64,000 nucleotides of DNA. Source: Thermoplasmata archaeon. GTDB taxonomy: Archaea; Thermoplasmatota; Thermoplasmata; Lutacidiplasmatales; UBA184. Position numbers and translations under genes: made by a program. Shown piece after piece: positions 57,523 through 64,000 of the stretch. The first letter of the stretch is position 1, and the number at the start of each line of letters is the position of its first letter. The DNA lies in contig JAGWLG010000016.1 of assembly GCA_028864975.1 (NCBI GenBank), positions 8,034 through 72,033 of the forward strand, in the 5' to 3' direction. Below the pieces are notes generated by a model. The model saw nothing but the letters and a program-made list of their open reading frames with translations. It had not been told where the DNA came from and searched no databases.

Positions 57523-58470
57523 ATGAAGTACTTCCTGACGGGAGGCACTGGGTTCATCGGGGGGGAGCTCGCCTCCCAATTGCGTCGTGCGGGCCACACC
57601 GTCCACGCCCTGGTCCGCGACCCGGCCCGCGCCCAGCGCCTCTCCCAGCTCGGGGTCGACCTGTTCAAGGGAGACGTGACCGACCGACCGAGCCTTCGGG
57701 CCCCGATGAGCGGGGTCGACGGCGTGTTCCATGTGGCCGGATGGTACAAGATCTCGAGCAAGGACGCGGGGAACGCCTATCCGGTGAACGTCGAGGGGAC
57801 CCGGAACGTCCTCGAAACGATGCGGGAGCTTCAGGTCCCGAAGGGGGTCTACACCAGCACGGTCGCCGTCTTCTCCGACACTCATGGTCGGCTGGTGGAC
57901 GAGTCCTACCGGCACAACGGCCCGTGGCTGTCGGTGTACGACCACACCAAGTGGCAGGCCCACTACGAGGTGGCCGAGCCGATGATGAAGAAGGGGCTCC
58001 CGCTGGTCATCGTCCAGCCGGGGGCGGTCTACGGACAGGGGGACACGAGCGTCTTGCACGACCTCGTGGTGCAGTACCTCCGCGGGAAGCTCCGAGCGGT
58101 CCCGAAGGAGCCGGCCTACTGCTTTGCCACGGTCGAGGACACGGCCCGAGGACACCTGCTCGCCATGGAGCGGGGACGCCCGGGCGAGGCCTACATCCTC
58201 GCGGGAGAACGGAAGAGCGTGGTCGAGGTGCTCGAGATGGCGGAACGCCTCACGGGGGTACCCGCCCCCAAGACCCACCCTCCCGCGTGGTTCGTCCGCT
58301 TCCTTGCCGCGCTGTCGCGTTCGGAACGGCTACGGGTCGCGACCGCGACCTACATCGCTTCCAATGCCAAGGCGGTGCACGAGCTGGGGTTCCAGCCCAC
58401 GCCTCTCTCGGAAGGGCTCCCACCCTACCTTCGCTACGAGCAGGAACAGCTCCGCCAAGGGCCCCGCTGA
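57523..58470 (+). CDS. NAD-dependent epimerase/dehydratase (dihydroflavonol-reductase/HpnA-like extended SDR)
   Basis: LTGGTGFIGG, VFHVAGWY, VNVEGT, YTST, YDHTK. Confidence 0.92.
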   Translation: MKYFLTGGTGFIGGELASQLRRAGHTVHALVRDPARAQRLSQLGVDLFKGDVTDRPSLRAPMSGVDGVFHVAGWYKISSKDAGNAYPVNVEGTRNVLETMRELQVPKGVYTSTVAVFSDTHGRLVDESYRHNGPWLSVYDHTKWQAHYEVAEPMMKKGLPLVIVQPGAVYGQGDTSVLHDLVVQYLRGKLRAVPKEPAYCFATVEDTARGHLLAMERGRPGEAYILAGERKSVVEVLEMAERLTGVPAPKTHPPAWFVRFLAALSRSERLRVATATYIASNAKAVHELGFQPTPLSEGLPPYLRYEQEQLRQGPR

Positions 58471-58488
58471 AACCCTGCCCCCCGGGGT

Positions 58489-59586
58489 TCAGGGGGAGCG
58501 CGACTCGACCTCGGGGGTGTCGCGCAGCCCGAGCTCGTCCAGGGCCGCGGCGCCGAGGACGGTCCGCTCGGTCCCCGAGAAGAGCGTGGTCCACCCCAGC
58601 TTGCGGCTCTTCCTGTTGTCGCGGTCGAAGGTGCACCCGACGCCGTGCTCGTTGAGGAGCGTCGAGAGCTGGACCTTCTCCACGGTCAGCGGGGTCCTCG
58701 CATGGACGCTGCGGATCTCCTCCTCGAACCGGGCCTTAAGCGCTTCCGAGAGGTTGTGCTCGATCTCCCGACGCGCATCACGGATCAGGATCCACCCATT
58801 CCCCGGCTCGAGGCCCAAGAGCTTCCTCGCCCGTCGGTTCCCACGGTTGCGGCCGCTCTCTCCTGAGAAGAAGTCGATCTTGAGCACGTTCTGGTCGAGC
58901 GCGAGCTGAGGGAACTGCTTCAGGAGTAGGCGCATGTTCGGGACGAAGGCGCAACCGGTGTGCAGCAGACGCTCCTTGATCTCCCGGGGCAGGTACCCCA
59001 GGTACCCCTTCACTAGGCTCTCGACCAGCTTGAGCAACGGGCTCTTCTCCGACTTCCCCTCCGCCCTCAGGGAGATGGGGAGCGGCTCGTCCAGCGTGAG
59101 CTCGGTCGCCCCTGTGACCGTTCGCGCCTTCGCGAACTCGCGTTTCGCGCGCTCCAGATAGATGGTCCACCGGTCCGTGTGCGGAAGCTCGAGCTCGTCA
59201 AGCGCTCGGTCGAGCGCCTTCAGGAGCGTCGGGTCCCCGGTCTTGAGGTAGACCCCGAAGGTGGCGTTCTCGAGCTCTCCCACGACGAGCCGCTCGTTGT
59301 GGAGGTAGGCCGGGTCGCGGCTCCAGACGAAACCGCTCCCTTCGTCCATGTTGAGCGCTCTCAGCACGCCCGCGCCCAGGTCGACCCCGAGGTCCCTCAG
59401 GCGCGAGAGGTCGACCACGCCGAGCTCCCGGCTTCGGAGGATCTGGGGGTGGTCCTTGAGAAGGGCTCCCAGGTAGCCCACGCGGGAGAACCCGTACGTC
59501 TGGAGGTCGAAGGTGAGCCAGGAAGGGAGGTCCGGCCCTTCGCCCATGGACGAACGCAGCTCCTGGCGCCGTGCGACGAGGATCAT
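58489..59586 (-). CDS. Hypothetical cytoplasmic protein (~350-365 aa), no recognised domain
   Basis: Strong native codon bias and globular composition. Alternative start at ATG 59547. Confidence 0.75.
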   Translation of the reverse strand: MILVARRQELRSSMGEGPDLPSWLTFDLQTYGFSRVGYLGALLKDHPQILRSRELGVVDLSRLRDLGVDLGAGVLRALNMDEGSGFVWSRDPAYLHNERLVVGELENATFGVYLKTGDPTLLKALDRALDELELPHTDRWTIYLERAKREFAKARTVTGATELTLDEPLPISLRAEGKSEKSPLLKLVESLVKGYLGYLPREIKERLLHTGCAFVPNMRLLLKQFPQLALDQNVLKIDFFSGESGRNRGNRRARKLLGLEPGNGWILIRDARREIEHNLSEALKARFEEEIRSVHARTPLTVEKVQLSTLLNEHGVGCTFDRDNRKSRKLGWTTLFSGTERTVLGAAALDELGLRDTPEVESRSP

Positions 59587-59738
59587 GCGACGCTCGCCCT
59601 CTCCGGAAAGGCAAAGTGTCAGCTTCGCGCCCGAGTATCATACTTACGGGTGCCGATACACGAGGGACGAGGGCGCCCGCCGGATTCCGGAGAGTGTCGG
59701 CGCTCGGCCCCGTCGGGGGGTCTGTGGGCGGCGTTCCC

Positions 59739-60161
59739 TCAGGCCCACCGCTTGGCCCTGGTCAGGACCTGGAGCAGGAGCGCGTCCAGGTCCTCGACGA
59801 CGATGGGCTTGTGGAGGTAGCCGTTCGCCCGGTGGTGGTAGGCGTGCTGGACGTCGGAGGTCTGCCGAGAGGCCGAGACGATCACCACGGGGGTCCTCGC
59901 CAGTCGAGGGTCCGACCGGATCTCGGTGAGCACGGCTCGGCCATCGAGCTCTGGAAGGTCCAGGTCGAGCAGCACGAGCTGGGTTCGCAACGGAGCGCTC
60001 GGCCCAGGGGTCCCCCGGAGGAGCTCGAGCGCTTCCACCCCGTTGGTCGCCACCTGCAGGCGGACCGGCACCGAGCACTTTCTCGAGAGGGCCTTTAGCA
60101 GCCTGACCTGGTCGGGGTCGTCCTCGACCAGGAGCACCTCGACCGCTTCCCCCGTCGCCAT
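59739..60161 (-). CDS. Standalone response-regulator receiver protein (CheY/Rcp1-like)
   Basis: VLLVEDD, NGVEAL, LVLLDLDLPELDG, PVVIVSAS, ANGYLHKP. Confidence 0.92.
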   Translation of the reverse strand: MATGEAVEVLLVEDDPDQVRLLKALSRKCSVPVRLQVATNGVEALELLRGTPGPSAPLRTQLVLLDLDLPELDGRAVLTEIRSDPRLARTPVVIVSASRQTSDVQHAYHHRANGYLHKPIVVEDLDALLLQVLTRAKRWA

Positions 60162-60310
60162 GGTCGGCCCCGGGCCGGGTACATGCACCCTGGCCAAGAA
60201 CGTTGGGAGGTCGGGCGAGTGGCGTTCAGGGACCCATTCGGGGTGTGCGCCCGCGACGGTCCGCGCGGGCGTTCTCGGACCCCGAACGGGCGACATGGTT
60301 CTCGAGGAGG

Positions 60311-60322
60311 GAAGGGTTAATT
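60311..60322 (+). promoter_or_regulatory. BRE/TATA-like promoter of the last Kelch-PKD gene
   Basis: GAAGGG-TTAATT about 35-40 bp before ATG 60357. Confidence 0.45.
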
Positions 60323-60356
60323 CTCTGCTCGCTCCCCGACGCGCCTTCGAGGTTCG

Positions 60357-63300
60357 ATGCTCCGTTCGAGACAGCGCCACGGGCGGCTGGCCATCCTCGG
60401 AATACTTGCTCTCACGACCCTTCTTCTCCTTCCCGGATCGCTCCCCGGCAAGGTAGGAGCGGTGGGACCGACGCTCAAGGTCCTGGGGCCGCTGTCGACG
60501 CGGGAGGGGGGGCTCGCCCCTCTCGGCGCGGGGCCGCCTGCGACCCCTGCGCCCCAGGTCTCCCGAGATCGGGGATCTGCCTGCGGGACCACCCCCACAG
60601 CCGTTGCGGCCTGCCGCGCGGCCCTCGAAAGCCTCTCACCCACGACATCCGGCCCCCTCCCCGCAGGGACCCCGTCGTGGAACGTGAGCTGCTCGACCTG
60701 CTCTCCGATCGCGCGCGAAGGACCTTCGATGGTCTACGACGCGGCGGACGGCTATGTGCTCCTTTACGGCGGGCTCCAGGACGTGTCGAACCAGGAGCCG
60801 GGGGACACCTGGACCTACAAGGCCGGCGTCTGGACCCAGCTCACCCCCACCACGGCCCCGTCGCCTCGCGTCGGCGCGGGGATGGCCTACGACGCGGCCG
60901 ACGGGTACGTCGTCCTTTTCGGAGGCGCTGACGAGCACTCGAACAACTACTACGCGGACACCTGGGAGTTCCTGGGCGGGAGCTGGACCCTGCTCTCCCC
61001 CAGCACCTCCCCCTCGGCGCGATACTTCCCGTCGATGACTTATGACTCGGCCGACGGCTACGTGCTGCTCTTCGGTGGCGCGGTCAGCACCTCGGTCCCT
61101 CTCGGTGACACGTGGAGCTTCGTCGGGGGGCAGTGGACGAACCTGGGCACGCTCGGCCCGCCCCCTTCCCGGTACACGGCGGCGATGGCCTACGACGCGG
61201 CCGACGGCTATACGATCATGTACGGTGGCCTCAGTGGCACGACCTACGAATCGGACACGTGGGAGTTCCTCGGAGGAGGCTGGACCCAGCTCGCCCCGGC
61301 CACGAGCCCCGGCAAGCTCGCGAACATCGGCGACATGATGGTGTGGGACAGCTCGCTCGGGTCGGTCCTCCTGGTGGGCGGGGACTCGGGCACCTCAAGC
61401 TGCACGTCCAACACCTGGACCTTCAAGGGCGGGAGCTGGACCCTGCAGGGCCCTTCGCCCTCGCTCCCCAAGCGCGCGCAAGGGGGGCTGGCCGACGACC
61501 CACCCGACAGCACGGCGCTGGAGTTTTCCGGATGGAACTGCGGAACCCCGATCACCGACTACACGGACGCTTACACCTACTTCGGAGGTTTCGCCCCTCT
61601 GAGCGCGACCCTCACCGCGACCCCCTCCTCGACGGACATCGGGCACGCAATCGCCTTCACGGGGACCGCGCACGGGGGCTTCCCGCCCTACGCGGTCGCG
61701 ATGCGGTTCGGGGACGGAGGGGCGGCGACCTCGCTCACGACCTCCCACACGTTCAGCGCTCCCGGAAGCTACACCGTGTGGCTCTGGGTGAACGACTCCT
61801 CCTCGGGATCGGTCACGGCCTCGGCAACGGTCTTGGTGAACGCGCTCCCGACGGTCCATCCGATCATCGCCCCGAACCCGGTGGATGTCAACGTCACCGC
61901 GGCCTTCGCCTCAGGGCTCACGGGTGGGACCGCGCCCTTCCAGTACGGCTGGCGCTTCGGAGACGGGACGAACAGCAGCGCGGCCGCCCCGGCGCACGCC
62001 TACGGCGCGCTCGCCATCTACACGGTCGTCGTCTGGGTCAACGACTCCGTTGGAGCGTCCACGACCGCTTCGACCACGGTCGCGGTGGACCCCGCGCCCA
62101 CGGTGTCCGCCTCGGCCCGTCCCACGACCACGGACGTAGGGCTCCCCGTCAGCTTCTCGGCCACCCCCGGCGGAGGGACCCCTCCGTTCCACCTCGCGTG
62201 GAACTTCGGGGACGGAGGCACCGGAACGGGAACCACGGTCTCGTACAGCTACACCACTCCCGGAAACTACACCTCGCATGTGTGGGCGAACGATTCGGGG
62301 GGCGGAAGCGCCGGGGCGCTGCTCATGATCGTGGTGGACCGAGCTCCGGGGACCCCGACGACGCTCGCCGCGTCCCCGAATCCTGCGGATGCCGGGACCA
62401 GCGTGGCCTTCTCCGCCGCCTATGGGGGAGGGACACCCCCCTTCTCGAACGCCTGGGCGTTCGGGGATGGTTCCTTCTCGTCCCAGGGAGCCCCCACCCA
62501 CGTCTATGTCCGGCCCGGCAACTTCACCGTCCGCTTCTGGGCGAACGACAGCGCGGGTGCGAGCGCGACCGGCGCGCTCAGCGTGAGGGTCAATGCCGCG
62601 CTCACGTTGACATCGTTCCAGGGGGTCTTCGCCTCGGGGGCCCCTGGGACGCTCGACCTGGGTCAGGTGCTGAACACGTCGCTCTCGACGACCGGGGGCA
62701 CCTCTCCGCTCTCCTACACGTACTTGGGGACGCCCCCCGGCTGCTCCTCCGTGGACCGCCCGAACCTGCTCTGCACCCCCAACCAAACCGGGACCTACCG
62801 CATCGAAGCGGAAGTGTCGGATGCCGCGGGTGCCCACGATTTTGCGAACCTCACCGTGACGATCTCCCCCGCGCTCGTGCTCGCGTCGTTCTTCCCCTCC
62901 GACCGGCAGGTCTCGGTCGGAGCGGCCGATTCCCTGGTGGTGCAAGCGAGCGGAGGGGTCGCGCCGTACACGTTCACCTACCTCCGTTTGCCCCCGGGAT
63001 GCGCTTCCCAGGACACGGGGCGTCTCCCCTGTGTCCCCGCAAGGTCCGGGATGTTCGTGCTCGAGGTCGAGCTCCAGGACCCGACGGGCGCTCTTCTCTT
63101 CGCGAACAGTTCGCTCGAGGTGAACCCCGATCCCGAGATCACCTCGTTCGAGGTCTATCCGAGCAACGCGACCTGGGGACAACGCGTGAACTTCGTCGCG
63201 GTACTCTCCGGAGGGACCGGGACGCTGAGCGTGATCTACTCCGGATATCCGACGGGATGCTCGGCGCTCGGAGCGACGGGGGGGACGTGCGTCCCGGGCG

Positions 63301-63965
63301 TGGCGGGGACCTTCCACGTGCACCTCACCGTGGTCGACACGGACAACCGGGAGGCGAACGCCTCGGTCGTGCTCCACGTGGCTCCCGCGCCCAGCGTTCT
63401 CGCCGAGTTTCTCGGGGCGTACTGGTGGGGTCTTGTCCTCGTCTTGGTGGCGGCGGTCGCCTTGCTGGTCTATGCCTTGGACCGGCGCCACCGCCGACGC
63501 GCCGAGCTGGCGGGGCTTGCGGACGGAGTTGCGCTCGATGGGATGCCGCAGGCGGCCCCGGCCCCGGAGGGCCACCCCATGGTGGACGACACCATCCCCA
63601 TGACCCCGGGAACCGGGACGGATGCCCGCGCACCTGAACCGGGTCCGCACCCTCCCGGGACGGAAGAGAGCGGGGCCCCTGACGGATGGAAGGCCGTGCC
63701 GCTCTCCCCCCAGGCCCACATCTCCTCAGGACCCGACGAGGGTCAGCTACCGAGCTCCGACACCGTCCTACCCTACGACCCGAGCCCCGCGGCCAAGGTG
63801 GGAGAGACCGCCCCGTCCGGGGGCCTCAGCGTGGCCCCGACGGTCACTCCATCAGCGACCGGTCCTGCTCCCACGGCCGCCCTCGCAGACCACCGATGCA
63901 CGGTCTGCGGCACGCCCCTTCGCGCTGACCAGGTCTGCCCCTCCTGCGGCATCGTCTGGCACTAG
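60357..63965 (+). CDS. Surface protein: 6 Kelch-like repeats, 4 PKD, 3 PxGC Ig domains, TM, tail with C-terminal zinc ribbon
   Basis: Signal peptide; MAYDAADGY..LFGG..DTW repeats; four FGDG PKD motifs; TPPGC/LPPGC/YPTGC; TM then RRHRRR; CTVCG...CPSCG. Confidence 0.9.
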   Translation: MLRSRQRHGRLAILGILALTTLLLLPGSLPGKVGAVGPTLKVLGPLSTREGGLAPLGAGPPATPAPQVSRDRGSACGTTPTAVAACRAALESLSPTTSGPLPAGTPSWNVSCSTCSPIAREGPSMVYDAADGYVLLYGGLQDVSNQEPGDTWTYKAGVWTQLTPTTAPSPRVGAGMAYDAADGYVVLFGGADEHSNNYYADTWEFLGGSWTLLSPSTSPSARYFPSMTYDSADGYVLLFGGAVSTSVPLGDTWSFVGGQWTNLGTLGPPPSRYTAAMAYDAADGYTIMYGGLSGTTYESDTWEFLGGGWTQLAPATSPGKLANIGDMMVWDSSLGSVLLVGGDSGTSSCTSNTWTFKGGSWTLQGPSPSLPKRAQGGLADDPPDSTALEFSGWNCGTPITDYTDAYTYFGGFAPLSATLTATPSSTDIGHAIAFTGTAHGGFPPYAVAMRFGDGGAATSLTTSHTFSAPGSYTVWLWVNDSSSGSVTASATVLVNALPTVHPIIAPNPVDVNVTAAFASGLTGGTAPFQYGWRFGDGTNSSAAAPAHAYGALAIYTVVVWVNDSVGASTTASTTVAVDPAPTVSASARPTTTDVGLPVSFSATPGGGTPPFHLAWNFGDGGTGTGTTVSYSYTTPGNYTSHVWANDSGGGSAGALLMIVVDRAPGTPTTLAASPNPADAGTSVAFSAAYGGGTPPFSNAWAFGDGSFSSQGAPTHVYVRPGNFTVRFWANDSAGASATGALSVRVNAALTLTSFQGVFASGAPGTLDLGQVLNTSLSTTGGTSPLSYTYLGTPPGCSSVDRPNLLCTPNQTGTYRIEAEVSDAAGAHDFANLTVTISPALVLASFFPSDRQVSVGAADSLVVQASGGVAPYTFTYLRLPPGCASQDTGRLPCVPARSGMFVLEVELQDPTGALLFANSSLEVNPDPEITSFEVYPSNATWGQRVNFVAVLSGGTGTLSVIYSGYPTGCSALGATGGTCVPGVAGTFHVHLTVVDTDNREANASVVLHVAPAPSVLAEFLGAYWWGLVLVLVAAVALLVYALDRRHRRRAELAGLADGVALDGMPQAAPAPEGHPMVDDTIPMTPGTGTDARAPEPGPHPPGTEESGAPDGWKAVPLSPQAHISSGPDEGQLPSSDTVLPYDPSPAAKVGETAPSGGLSVAPTVTPSATGPAPTAALADHRCTVCGTPLRADQVCPSCGIVWH

Positions 63966-64000
63966 CCCGTCCGTCGTGGAGGGGCGATGTGGAGATGTGT

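Noticed and set aside
57382-58278. N-terminal extension making a 613-aa EamA 'fusion'
   Set aside because: The extension is the antisense of the epimerase gene. A TTG start at 57381 gives a normal EamA length.
60162-60380. N-terminal extension of the response regulator ORF
   Set aside because: It runs across the promoter and start of the divergent gene. ATG 60161 gives a standard receiver.
1-64000. tRNA, rRNA, CRISPR arrays, IS elements, integrases or prophage
   Set aside because: No cloverleaf-compatible intergenic sequence, rRNA-like segment, regular direct repeats, transposase motifs or phage genes seen by eye. tRNAscan/Infernal would be decisive.

Overview
High-GC window that is most likely archaeal, probably Thermoplasmata (UBA184/'Lutacidiplasmatales'-like). 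This is inferred from BRE/TATA promoters about 25-35 bp before leaderless starts, a DUF835 protein, and the typical Kelch/YVTN/PKD surface proteins; no marker gene is present. About 38 kb of the 64 kb (~59%) encodes nine modular membrane-anchored surface proteins. Each has a signal peptide and Ig-like domains, then one C-terminal TM helix, a basic patch and a low-complexity cytoplasmic tail. Eight of them also carry a distinct head: a GH25 muramidase or a Kelch, YVTN or Asp-box propeller. Six share a disulfide-stapled Ig-like repeat (W-x-G-L-P-x-G-C-x8-10-C), about 40 copies in total. Three of these genes form an ATGA-coupled 11-kb operon. The rest of the window holds accessory genes: a RelE toxin-antitoxin pair followed by an antitoxin-like RHH domain fused to a P-loop kinase, an unusual Cys-rich/DUF2795/SPFH/zinc-ribbon fusion, transporters, oxidoreductases, methyltransferases, a TFE-type thiolase, an ATL protein, a hemerythrin and an orphan response regulator. 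I found no rRNA, tRNA, CRISPR array, transposase or integrase. The best candidates for a new system are (1) the swappable-head surface 'armoury', which includes a tethered peptidoglycan hydrolase, and (2) the RHH-RelE-[RHH-kinase] module. All family calls come from reading motifs by eye and need HMM or structure confirmation.
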